Counted from the stretch's first letter, positions 1-10,910 are shown. The stretch is 64,000 nucleotides of DNA from Isurus oxyrinchus (GCA_026770705.1 JANJGN010000038.1:6448001-6512000), one strand, 5' to 3'. Notes: generated by a model not told the origin, from the letters alone. Translations and numbers: made by a program.

Positions 1-159
1 AAGGTACAGCTCTAGTGGGGGTGGAGGGAGCATAAAAGATTTTAAAATATTTAAAAATAATGGAAATAGGTGGGAAAAGAAAAATCTATAAAATTTGTAG
101 GGAAAAAAAAGGAAAAAGGGGGAAACAGAAAGGGGGTGGGGATGGGGGAGGGAGCTCAC

Positions 160-660
160 GACCTAAAGTTGTTGAACTCAATATTCAGACCGGAAGGCTG
201 TAAGGTGCCTAGCGGAAGATGAGGTGTTGTTCCTCCAGTTTGCGTTGGGCTTCACTGGAACAATGCAGTAAGCCAAGGACAGACATGTGGGCAAGAGAGC
301 AGGGTGGAGTGTTAAAATGGCAAGCGACAGGGAGGTTTGGGTCATTCTTGCGGACAGACTGCAGGTGTTCTGCAAAGCGGTCGCCCAGTTTACGTTTGGT
401 CTCTCCAATGTAGAGGAGACCACATTGGGAGCAACGAATGCAGTAGACTAAGTTGGGGGAAATGCAAGTGAAATGCTGCTTCACTTGAAAGGAGTGTTTG
501 GGCCCTTGGACGGTGAGGAGAGAGGAAGTGAAGGGGCAGGTGTTACATCTTTTGCGTGGGCATGGGGTGGTGCCATAGGAGGGGGCTGAGGAGTAGGGGG
601 TGATGGAGGAGTGGACCAGGGTGTCCCAGAGGGAGCGATCCCTATGGAATGCCGATAAGG
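160..660 (-). pseudogene. PLE GIY-YIG endonuclease domain (frameshifted from the RT, with a further 1-nt deletion near 212)
   Basis: The C-terminal part of ORF 209..1339 reads SAFHRDRSL...CPRKRCNTC...VYCIRCSQCGLLYIGETKRKLGDRFAEH...EEQHLIFR. Confidence 0.88.
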
Positions 661-2027
661 GGGGGTGAAGGGAAGATGTGTTTGGTGGTGGCATCATGCT
701 GGAGTTGGCGGAAATGGCGGAGGATGATCCTTTGAATGCGGAGGCTGGTGGGGTGATAAGTGAGGACAAGGGGGACCCTATCATGTTTCTGGGAGGGAGG
801 AGAAGGCGTGAGGGCGGATGCGCGGGAGATGGGCCGGACACGGTTGAGGGCCCTGTCAACGACTGTGGGTGGAAAACCTCGGTTAAGGAAGAAGGAGGAC
901 ATGTCAGAGGAACCGTTTTTGAAGGTAGCATTATCGGAACAGATGCGACGAAGGCGAAGGAACTGGGAGAATGGGATGGAGTCCTTACAGGAAGCGGGGT
1001 GTGAGGAGCTGTAGTCGAGGTAGCTGTGGGAGTCGGTGGGTTTGTAATGGATATTGGTGGACAGTCTATCACCAGAGATTGAGACAGAGAGGTCAAGGAA
1101 GGGAAGGGAAGTGTCAGAGATGGACCACGTGAAAATGATGGAGGGGTGGAGATTGGAAGCAAAATTAATAAATTTTTCCAAGTCCCGACGAGAGCATGAA
1201 GCGGCACCGAAGTAATCATCGATGTACCGGAGAAAAAGTTGTGGAAGGGGGCCGGAGTAGGACTGCAACAAGGAATGTTCCACATACCCCATAAAGAGAC
1301 AGGCATAGCTGGGGCCCATGCGGGTACCCATAGCCACACCTTTTATTTGGAGAAAGTGAGAGGAGTTGAAGGAGAAATTGTTCAACGTGAGAACAAGTTC
1401 AGCCAGACGGAGGAGAGTAGTGGTGGATGGGGATTGTTCGGGCCTCTGTTCGAGGAAGAAGCTAAGGGCCCTCAGACCATCCTGGTGGGGGATGGAGGTG
1501 TAGAGGGATTGGACGTCCATCGTGAAGAGGAAGCGGTTGGAGCCAGGGAACTGGAAATTGTTGATGTGACGTAAGGTGTCAGAGGAATCATGGATGTAGG
1601 TGGGAAGGGACTGGACAAGGGGAGAGAGAAGGGAGTCAAGATAACGAGAAATGAGTTCTGTGGGACAGGAGCAAGCTGAGACGATCGGTCTACCGGGGCA
1701 GTTCTGTTTGTGGATTTTGGGTAGGAGATAGAAGCGGGCCATCCGAGGTTGGGCGACTATCAGGTTGGAAGCTGTGGGAGGGAGATCCCCAGAGGAGATG
1801 AGGTCAGTGACAGTCCTGGAAACAATGGCTTGATGTTCAGTGGTGGGGTCATGGTCCAGGGAGAGGTAGGAGGAAGTGTCTGCGAGTTGACGCTCAGCCT
1901 CCGCGAGGTAGAGGTCAGTGCGCCAGACAACAACAGCACCACCCTTGTCAGCGGGTTTGATGACAATGTCAGGGTTGAACCTGAGAGAATGGAGTGCAGT
2001 AAGTTCAGAGAGAGACAGGTTAGAATG
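642..2027 (-). CDS. PLE reverse transcriptase domain; the frame stays open upstream of the track ORF 642..1742
   Basis: Track ORF MARFYLLPKIHK...RYIDDYF. The in-frame upstream codons read HSNLSLSELTALHSLRFNPDIVIKPADKGG. A +1 frameshift in the G7 run at 659-665 separates it from the endonuclease. Confidence 0.88.
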   Translation of the reverse strand, partial: HSNLSLSELTALHSLRFNPDIVIKPADKGGAVVVWRTDLYLAEAERQLADTSSYLSLDHDPTTEHQAIVSRTVTDLISSGDLPPTASNLIVAQPRMARFYLLPKIHKQNCPGRPIVSACSCPTELISRYLDSLLSPLVQSLPTYIHDSSDTLRHINNFQFPGSNRFLFTMDVQSLYTSIPHQDGLRALSFFLEQRPEQSPSTTTLLRLAELVLTLNNFSFNSSHFLQIKGVAMGTRMGPSYACLFMGYVEHSLLQSYSGPLPQLFLRYIDDYFGAASCSRRDLEKFINFASNLHPSIIFTWSISDTSLPFLDLSVSISGDRLSTNIHYKPTDSHSYLDYSSSHPASCKDSIPFSQFLRLRRICSDNATFKNGSSDMSSFFLNRGFPPTVVDRALNRVRPISRASALTPSPPSQKHDRVPLVLTYHPTSLRIQRIILRHFRQLQHDATTKHIFPSPPLIGIP

Positions 2028-2872
2028 GGTAAATTTTATACTATTTCACTTATTCATAAGTAATTAATCAAAAGCTGTCGCCTCACACTGAAATCCTCAC
2101 GAACCCACATATCGATAACAATATTTACCCTAGAATAAGCAAGCTCTTCTAAGTGCTGGTAGTGGTAAACTTGAAAAGAGCTTCTTTCACAGAATAATAT
2201 GCCTGTAGTTATATTCTACTCTGATTTAATTTTACTGGTTCGACAACTCCTAGGAGTGAAGCTATTTAATTTCAGGACAGAGCTTTTAGAAGGTAAAGTT
2301 GACTAGGTTATTTTAACGAACTTTTTCTCTTAGTTGATGTTATAAGCTAAAATTAAGTTTGAGTGGGTAGGTTTACCATTCCATGTGGAAAAGATTGTAT
2401 AATCATAAACAGATAGGCATAAAACCTCCTGCCAGTTTCTTTATAATCTACTTTACTTCATCCTCCAATGTCAATATCTGCTTCATTAATTCTTCTTCCT
2501 AAAGATACGGTTCTAACTGGAGCTGAGGTTTTTGTACGGCGCTGTCGCCCCTTACTACACGTGTGTACAGCACAGAAGTGTCTGTGAGACTCAAAGCTGA
2601 GATAGTCAGGGGGCTGCTTTTATCCAAGCTTCAACTGACGGCTCTAAATCGACCTTTTTGTTCACCGTTTGTCGACGCCATTATCAGCAACTTTGGGCTC
2701 TGGTTTGGAGGATTAACGTACCAATATATCACAGGGAATGGGATGGTTGTGCGGCAGTGCATCAATATCATTTTCTGTTCAGCCGGAGTCTCTGATGGAT
2801 AAGGTTGTATAACAAAAACAGAATTACCTGGAAAAACTCAGCAGGTCTGGCAGCATCGGCGGAGAAGAAAAG

Positions 2873-2911
2873 AGTTGACGTTTCGAGTCCTCATGACCCT
2901 TCGACAGAACT
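2873..2911 (-). ncRNA. Minimal type I hammerhead ribozyme motif (variant core CUGUCGA)
   Basis: Reverse complement reads AGTT CTGTCGA A GGGTC ATGAG GACTC GAAA CG TC AACT. Stem I is AGTT/AACT and stem II is GGGTC/GACTC. Confidence 0.75.
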
Positions 2912-3739
2912 TGATTTCGAGTCCAAGAAAGAGTTGAAATATAAGCTGGTTTAAGGTGTGTGTGTGTGGGGCGGAGAGAGAGAGAGAGAGAGGTGGTTGT
3001 GTAGACAAACAAGCAGTGATAGAAGCAGATCATCAAAAGATGTCAGCGACAATAGTACAAAAGAACACATAGGTGTTAAAGTTAAAGTTGGTGATATTAT
3101 CTAAACGAATGTGCTAATTAAGAATGGATGGTAGGGCACTCAAGGTACAGCTCTAGTGGGGGTGGAGGGAGCATAAAAGATTTTAAAATATTTAAAAATA
3201 ATGGAAATAGGTGGGAAAATAAAAATCTATAAAATTTATAGGGAAAAAAAAGGGGAAAAGGGGGAAACAGAAAGGGGGTGGGGATGGGGGAGGGAGCTCA
3301 CGACCTAAAGTTGTTGAACTCAATATTCAGACCGGAAGGCTGTAAGGTGCCTAGTCGGAAGATGAGGTGTTGTTCCTCCCCACCCCCTTTCTGTTTCCCC
3401 CTTTTCCCCTTTTTTTTCCCTATAAATTTTATAGATTTTTCTTTTCCCACCTATTTCCATTATTTTTAAATATTTTAAAATCTTTTATGCTCCCTCCACC
3501 CCCACTAGAGCTATACCTTGAGTGCCCTACCATCCATTCTTAATTAGCACATTCGTTTAGATAATATCACCAACTTTAACTTTAACACCTATGTGTTCTT
3601 TTGTACCAATGTCGCTGACATCTTTTGATGATCTGCTTCTATCACTGCTTGTTTGTCTACACAACCACCTCTCTCTCTCCGCCCCACACACACACCTTAA
3701 ACCAGCTTATATTTCAACTCTTTCTTGGACTCGAAATCA

Positions 3740-3778
3740 AGTTCTGTCGAAGGGTCATGAGGACTCGAAACGTCAACT
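3740..3778 (+). ncRNA. Minimal type I hammerhead ribozyme motif (variant core CUGUCGA)
   Basis: AGTT CTGTCGA AGGGTC ATGAG GACTC GAAA CGTC AACT. Confidence 0.75.
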
Positions 3779-4529
3779 CTTTTCTTCTCCGCCGATGCTG
3801 CCAGACCTGCTGAGTTTTTCCAGGTAATTCTGTTTTTGTTTTGGATTTCCAGCATCCGCAGTTTTGTTTTGTTTTTAAGTTTGTATAACGTCTGTTTAAC
3901 CTGCAAGACACAAAGTGAGCACTAGAGCAAAGCCACCAGTTCTAATCATGCCCAACAGGTAACTCCGAAACATAGGAGCAGGTGGATGACTTTCAACTCT
4001 TCAGCCCTGCTCCAAATTCATCTAGTTCTCAATTGGTCTGAAGCCTAAATTTATTTATCCTCCTTAGCCCAATATACCATGATACAATTGTGCTTAGCTA
4101 AGGAACATCTTGAAAATATAGTGAAAAGGTACAAAGAGCACAAACATATATAATAATGAGGCAAGATACCCCTTGAAAAATTAGAGTCTAAATGTGGCAG
4201 GGAACAAGGGGGTCTACAGTGACTGGTGCAAGTTCCGTAGCGACAGAGTTTATCCACGCAATTTGACACACACAACAAAAACTGAGTTTCATTTCTAAAG
4301 GGAGGAAACTGAAAATCAGAAAAGTTGCATTACTGTTACATTGAGACCCGTTGGATCACACGTGAGAATCTCCAACCACAGTTCTAGTCTTCATTTCGAT
4401 AAATTTGTTTTTACTCGCATGACAAGAAATTTGAGATCATAATGGCTAGATATCTTGCAGATGCTGTGTCTCTTATCTCGAGAAATGAGTAAAGTGGGTT
4501 ACACCTGATAAATATTTTTGGGTTACAGA

Positions 4530-5130
4530 AGTGTTTGTTGAAATATATATAGGGCAAACGTATCAACTTGTGGGAATTACTAGAAGTGGTTGTATCAGTA
4601 TAAGATAGATGAAGAGTTATTGGGGCATTCTCTTACTTAGCGTAATCAGCCGCACAGACCTGCTGGGCTGAGTGCCCTGTTTCTGTGCTGTATATCCTGT
4701 AATTCTACTTAATGCTTTGAATGAATCAAATCCAAATACTTTGGAGGCAAGAGCTTCGGATTCATAACCCTCTGCATGGAGGAAATTCAGTTTCTCCTCA
4801 AATATAGCCTACCTCTAATTGTAATATTATACACCCTCATCCTTTATTCTCCGAAAGAAGAATTATTTTTCTGTCAAATAGTTTAACACTAAATCACCTC
4901 GAACAGACCTCCTTTCAATATTCTATAGTCAATGGAATAAACTGACAATTCTGCAACCTCTGCCCACAATTTAATATTCTGTCTCTGGTATCCTGCTGGT
5001 CAATCTGTGCTGTATTAACTCGGAAGCAAATTTATGTTGCCTGTGGTGAGGAGCACAGAGCTGAATGCATTCATGTAGATACCGTCTGACCAGACTACTG
5101 ATGCCTAACTTTTGCCGCTACCTGTCCCAG
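4530..5130. mobile_element. Old CR1-type LINE 3' fragments in both orientations
   Basis: Tail motif gggctgagtgccctgtttctgtgctgta near 4670 (+). Degenerate antisense 3' ORF2/UTR at 4710-5130. Confidence 0.55.
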
Positions 5131-5371
5131 TTATCTTCCAATAAGGACTTACCTCCTTTCGCCATTCCGATTGTATTTTCTCCCCCTCTACACGATTTCA
5201 ATGATTGTAAAAGAGGACAATTAAGTATCATTAAAACCCTTCTTTTCTCCGTGGTTAAAGTTTGAAGATTCAAGGTGAATGCCCTCACACCTGCCCACAG
5301 TAAGCTCAATCTGCCACATTGTCTCTATTCATTTATTTTATCAACTTCCTTCTTACATCTACATACATAAT

Positions 5372-5902
5372 TGTTGCGGAAAAACCGAGTGAACACTCAG
5401 ACCCAGGAGGTTTGTCTCGGAAGCCTTTTATTATAATCGTGATATCACAGAGAGCCCAACAGCATAGAACAGAGCTAGCCGGCACTCTAACACCGCTTTA
5501 CACACATAACTATAGCAAAAGGTTCGTGACAGAAACTTGGGCAATTACAATAGTTTCAAATGGTTTCAAAGGATAGCGATCAGTGTTAATGATTTAACGA
5601 TTAGACACGACAATGTCAATGGTTTAGCAAATAGAGAGGACAATGTCGATGGTTCAACAAATAGATAGTGTTAATGGTTACATATCCTGGGCAATGCACA
5701 CACAATAGTTTTTTTCTCTTAGATTTTGCCACCGTATCTGACATCCGGAGCCCCTTTGTCTGGGAAGGTAGCACTGGCTCTTTGATTTGCTAATTTATGT
5801 GCTGGCTGTGTGACTGTTTGGGGACATTCTACAGTAATTTCATTATACATGTATTTTTAGTTTTTTTCTCTCATAAGTATAGATGTATTTTATTCTTCAA
5901 CA
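5372..5902 (-). mobile_element. 3' LTR of an endogenous retrovirus (about 531 bp)
   Basis: Termini are TGTTG...CAACA. On the minus strand it is preceded by the polypurine tract AAGGAGGGA (5904-5912) just after env. AATAAA lies at 5427-5432 (-). Confidence 0.85.
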
Positions 5903-5930
5903 ATCCCTCCTTGTTAATCTTTTAGATTAA

Positions 5931-6927
5931 TCACATCTTCATCATCAAAAGGGGGCTCATAACCATAAGGAAAAGGCCAATCACTGGCAGGGTAAACTTT
6001 TTCTCCCCACCAGGGGTTTCACTGGGGCCAGTGCGTATCAATTGAGGGACAAAGGGAGCTCCTCCTAATCCAGTGGTGACTCCAGTCATAGCTCCATTAA
6101 TACATGGGTACAGCAAATCCTCATAGTAGCACATGCACAACACCCTATAACACCTAATAAAACTAACCCAATTAAAACATCAGCAGCTAACTTTCCCAAC
6201 TGGCGAACCACCCCGTTACTGTAGCCCGCCAGGATTCCTTGTTATAAACACTGCTCAACCTTTCCCCAACTTTCTTTATTTCTCACACTTTATCCATAAC
6301 ATGCTGTTCCAGGTCAATAATATTCTCAGAAACATCAGGCACATAGGCGCAGCATTCTGAGCCTATTATGACACAAGTGCCACCTTTTTCAGCTAGGAGG
6401 AAATCAAGGGCCATTCTATTTTGTTGAGCTGTCAGGCGTAGGGCTAACATTTCAGCAGTGGTGTCTGAAATCTGTTTCTGGGTCTCAATAAAAACATTTT
6501 CCGTCGAATTGGCAAATTTTTCAAGCGCAGCTGCCAGGTTGATAACCTCTCGGGAGTTACGCACAGTTCCACAAGAGGGGATAGCAATCATCCAGCATCG
6601 TTCAGATTTTGAGATGTTACGACGATGGAGACGCAGATGCGGGTGAATATCTGATGCTACAGGGCTGCCAGACAACGAGTGGCTTGGACCCAATCTTCCT
6701 TCCCTTTAATCTTCAGGGCTGTACGAGTTGTTAGCAGCACCAGATAGGGTCCTTTCCACTCTCTCATGCAATTCAGCTGTTGTTTTGCATTGAGGAAAAT
6801 GAGTACAAATCCAACATTCAGTCCGATGAACTTGCAAGGCTACGGCCTGTATTTGTTGAACCACAGAATTGGTATTCCATGCCCCTGCAAGGACCATGCA
6901 GGACAGGATCCAAATCAGAGTCAGCAT
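5931..6927 (-). pseudogene. env: ERV env (gamma-type), disrupted, with very short SU
   Basis: Signal peptide MLTLIWILSCMVLAGA, CWIC motif, basic cleavage site RLHRR, immunosuppressive domain QNRMALDFLLAEKGGTC, CX6CC (CVIIGSECC), and hydrophobic anchor VLIGLVLLGVIGCC near 6130-6180. Contains stops and frameshifts. Confidence 0.92.
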
Positions 6928-6973
6928 TCCGATGGCTCAGTTAAAGTTCTTGCACAAGCACTTCCGTCCGAGG

Positions 6974-7625
6974 TCAGCGTCTGTTTGACGTGCGATGTGT
7001 GGATCCACAAGTGCATCCTTCAATCTTCATGGCTGTATGGGTGGTGAGCAGGACTTGGAAAGGTTCTTCCCATCGAGGTTCCAAACAGTTCTTTCTACTG
7101 AAGGTCTTTACCAGGACTAGGTCCCCGGGCTGGTATTGATGGCAGTCTTCAGTGGTGGGCTTTTTCTGAGCTTCTACTACCTGTATATGTGAGCTCTTGA
7201 GACAGTTACTGTGAGAGCGCATAGTCATGAGCACCAAGGGTAGAGCTTCAGGCCCTTTCAAACTGGTTTCTTCACATAATTTAGCTAGTTTGTTTTTCAG
7301 AATACTATTTTGTCCTGCCATCGCTCCAGTAGACCGGGGGTGGTATGGGCAGGAAAGGTGATGGTTGCATTGTAAGGCCTTCAACAGTTCCTTTATCACT
7401 TCAGCAGTAAAATGAACAATTTTACAACAACAGCATCATTGCATTGGGTGGGATACGCCTCCACCCATCGCAAGAACAAACACACTAGAATTAAAACATA
7501 ATTATATCCCATACATTTAGGCATTTGTATAAAGTCCATTTGTAGGTGTGCAAATGGGCCCCATGGCTGGGGTCCCGTACCAGCAGTCACTGTGGGCGTC
7601 ATACCTAGGTTATGTCATTGACATA
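6974..7625 (-). pseudogene. pol: ERV pol, integrase core and C-terminal domain (class I, gamma/epsilon-like)
   Basis: PFAHLQMDFIQMP...WVEAYPT; PYHPRSTG..NSILKNKLAKL; YQPGDLVLVK...LEPRWEEPFQVLLTT. Frameshifted, with internal deletions. Confidence 0.92.
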
Positions 7626-7699
7626 GGTATGACAGGTATTACTAATATAATTACCTGGAAAAACTCAGCAGGTCTGGCAGCATTGGCGGAGAAGAAAAG

Positions 7700-7738
7700 A
7701 GTTGATGTTTCGAGTCCTCATGACCCTTCGACAGAACT
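7700..7738 (-). ncRNA. Hammerhead motif in the inverted pLTR (core CUGUCGA)
   Basis: Reverse complement: AGTT CTGTCGA AGGGTC ATGAG GACTC GAAA CATC AACT. Confidence 0.65.
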
Positions 7739-10700
7739 TGAGTTTGAATCCAAGAAAGAGTTGAAATATAAGCTGGTTTAAGGTGTGTGGGGGGGGGGGG
7801 GAGGGGGGAGAGAGAAAGAGAGAGACAGAGGTGGAGTGGAGTGTGGTTGTAGGGACAAACAAGCAGTGATAGAAGCAGATCATCAAAAGATGTCAACAAC
7901 ATAGGTGTTAAAGTTAAAGTTGGTGATATTATCTAAACAAATGTGCTAATTAAGAATGGATTTCTCGGACTGCTGTTCCCGTCACATTCTGAAATCCACA
8001 CTCAGTGCCATGCGGCGCCATATGAACACACTCGACCTCTCCCTCCAGCAGCACCGCCGTACCCTTTTTCAAAGCTGCACGTGCCCCCAGTTTCATTTTA
8101 TCCTTCGGCTCATCCGACGCCTCAACAAGAAACTTTTTCTCTTTCTCCCAAGTGCTAAGGAACACAAGCTCCAACAACTCATTGACACCAACACCCATCT
8201 AGTACCCCCCACCCCGGCCTGTCCCTCCGTCCCCACCCCATCTTCCAATCCCAACACCAGCCATGTATTCACTATACCCCCTGACCTTCCCCTCTCCGAT
8301 GCTGAACGTTCAGTGCTCAGCAAAGGACTTAGTTTCATACCCTTACGCCCTCACCTCAATGAATTTCGGGCTCGGCACGATGCTGAACTCTTCTTCTGCC
8401 GTCTTCGTCTCCAGGCTCATTTCTTTGGGCAGGAGTCCTCTCCCAGTTCAACGGATCCTTTGACCCATCTCCAATATTCTCCCTCCACCTGGACCCCTCC
8501 TTCTGGATTCTTACCTTCTCTTGATCTTTTCATTGAGAACTAGCAGCGCGACATTAGTCGTCTCTATTTCTCCGCTCCTCTCACCCATTCTAACCTGTCT
8601 CTCTCTGAACTTACTGCACTCCATTCTTTCAGGTCCAACCCTGACATTGTCATCAAACCCACTGACAAGGGTGGTGCTGTTGTTGTCTGGCGCACTGACC
8701 TCTACCTTGCGGAGGCTGAGCGTCAACTCACAGACACTTCCTCCTACCTTTCCCTGGACCATGACCCCACCACTGAACATCAAGCCATTGTTTCCAGGAC
8801 TGTCACTGACCTCATCTCCTCTGGGAATCTCCCTCCCACAGCTTCCAACCTGATAGTCGCCCAACCTCGGATGGCCCGCTTCTATCTCCTACGCAAAATC
8901 CACAAACAGAACTGCCCCGGTAGACCGATCGTCTCAGCTTGCTCCTGCCCCACAGAACTCATTTCTCGTTATCTTGACTCCCTTCTCTCTCCCCTTGTCC
9001 AGTCCCTTCCCACCTACATCCGTGATTCCTCTGACACCTTACGTCACATCAACAATTTCCAGTTCCCTGGCCCCAACCGCTTCCTCTTCACCATGGACGT
9101 CCAATCCCTCTACACCTCCATCCCCCACCAGGATGATCTGAGGGCCCTTAGCTTCTTCCTCGAACAGAGGCCTGAAAAATCCCCATCCGCAAACTACTCT
9201 CCTCCGTCTGGCTGAACTTGTTCTCACGCTGAACAATTTCTCCTTCAACTCCTCTCACTTCCTCCAAATAAAAGGTGTGGCTATGGGTACCCACATGGGC
9301 CCCAGCTACACCTGTCTCTTTATGGGGTACGTGCAACATTCCTTGTTCCAGTCCTCCTCCGGCCCCCTTCCACAACTTTTTCTCCGGTACATCGATGATT
9401 ACTTCAGTGCTGCTTCATCCTCTCGTCGGGACTTAGAAAAATTTATTGATTTTGCTTCCAATCTCCACCCCTCCATCATTTTCACGTGGTCCATCTCTGA
9501 CACTTCCCTTCCCTTCCTTCACCTCTGTCTCAATCTCTGGTGATAGACTGTCCACCAATATTCATTACAAACCCACCGACTCCCACAGCTACCTCGACTA
9601 CAGCTCCTCACACCCCGCTTCCTGTAAGGACTCCATCCCATTCTCTCAGTTCCTTCGCCTTCGTCGCATCTGTTCTGATGATGCTACCTTCAAAAACAGT
9701 TCCTCTGACATGTCCTCCTTCTTCCTTAACCGAGGTTTTCCACCCACAGTCGTTGATAGGGCCCTCAACCGTGTCCGGCCCATCTCCCGTGAATCTGCCC
9801 TCATGCCTTCTCCTTCCTCCCAGAAACATAATATGCTCCCCCTTGTCCTCACTTATCACCCCACCAGCCTCCGCATTCAAAGGATCATCTCCGCCATTTC
9901 CAGCATGATGCCACCACCAAATACATCTTCCCTGCACCCCCCCGGCGGCATTCCGTAGGGATCATTCCCTCCGGGACACCCTGGTCCACTCCTCCATCAC
10001 CCCCTACTCCTCAACCCCCTCCTATGGCACCTCCCCATGCCCACGCAAAAGATGCAACACCTGCCCCTTCACTTCCTCTCTCCTCACTATCCAAGGGCCC
10101 AAACAATCCTTTCAAGTGAAGCAGCATTTCACTTGCATTTCCCCCAACTTAGTCTACTGCATTCGTTGCTCCCAATGTGGTCTCCTCTACATTGGAGAGA
10201 CCAAACGTAAACTGGGCGACCACTTTGCAGAACACCTACGGTCTGTCCGCAAGAATGACCCAAACCTCCCTGTTGCTTGCCATTTTAACACTCCACCCTG
10301 CTCTCTTGCCCACATGTCTGTCCTCGGTTTGTTGCATTGTTCCAGTGAAGCCCAACGCAAACTGGAGGAACAGCATCTCATCTTCCGACTAGGCACTTTA
10401 CAGCCTTCCGGACTGAATATTGAATTCAACAACTTTAGATCTTGTCCACCCTCCTCCACCCCACCCCCTTTCTGTTTCTTCCCCCTTCCTTTTGTTTTTT
10501 CCAATAATTTATACAGACTTTTCTTTTCCCAAGTATTTCCATTATTTTTAAATCTTTTATGCCCCCCCACCACCACTAGAGCTATACTTTGGGTGCCCTA
10601 CCATCCATTCTTAATCAGCACATTCGTTTAGATAATATCACCAACCTCAACACCTCTGTGTGCTTTTGTTCTTCAGTCTGTGACATCTTTTGATTATCTG

Positions 10701-10808
10701 CTCCTATCGCTGCTTGCTTGTCCCTGCAACCACACCACCCCTCCACTTCTCCCCCCCCCCCCCCACCTTAAACCATCTTATATTTCACCCGTCTTCTTGG
10801 ATTCAACC

Positions 10809-10847
10809 AGTACTGCTGAAGGGTCCCGAGGACTCGAAACGTCAACT
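10809..10847 (+). ncRNA. Hammerhead motif in the PLE 3'UTR (core CUGCUGA)
   Basis: AGTA CTGCTGA AGGGTC CCGAG GACTC GAAA CGTC AACT. Confidence 0.6.
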
Positions 10848-10910
10848 TTTTTCTTCTCCGTCAATGCTGCCAGACCTGCTGAGTTTTTCCAGGTAATTCT
10901 GTTATTGTTT

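Larger units (their letters stand above)
1..2028 (-). mobile_element. Penelope-like retroelement (PLE), 5'-truncated, young copy; RT + Cys-rich linker + C-terminal GIY-YIG endonuclease
   Basis: The minus frame carries IKPADKG, FYLLPKIHK..GRPIVS, GVAMGT.MGP and RYIDD (PLE RT), then CPRKRCNTC and NLVYCIRCSQCGLLYIGET...RFAEH (GIY-YIG). The 3'UTR runs off the window start. Confidence 0.95.
2811..3875. mobile_element. Non-autonomous PLE made of two 3' ends (pseudo-LTRs) in inverted orientation
   Basis: 2811-3282 is the near-perfect reverse complement of about 3379-3845. The spacer is the endonuclease C-terminus. Same family as 1-2028. Confidence 0.92.
7628..10900 (+). mobile_element. Near full-length PLE: inverted upstream pseudo-LTR (7628-7960), disrupted ORF (about 7960-10440) and 3'UTR
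   Basis: ORF pieces 7956-8543 (N-terminal, VLSKGLSFIP), 8871-9215, 9277-9543 (RYIDD), 9446-9958 and 10116-10440 (GIY-YIG). Several frameshifts and stops. Confidence 0.95.

Noticed and set aside
2030-2810. Unique segment with a mild CpG patch (2535-2790) between PLEs
   Set aside because: I could not assign a coding, RNA or repeat identity, so there is no supportable call.
2824-3911. Recurring short ORFs ending ...SSPPMLPDLLSFSR or ...SKKELKYKLV
   Set aside because: They are readings of the PLE 3'UTR/hammerhead region repeated in each copy, with variable frameshifts.
7956-7958. ATG at 7956 as the true PLE start codon
   Set aside because: It comes from the inverted pLTR (AAGAATGGA) at the junction. 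The older copy at 45845-45960 shows that the ORF extends further upstream.
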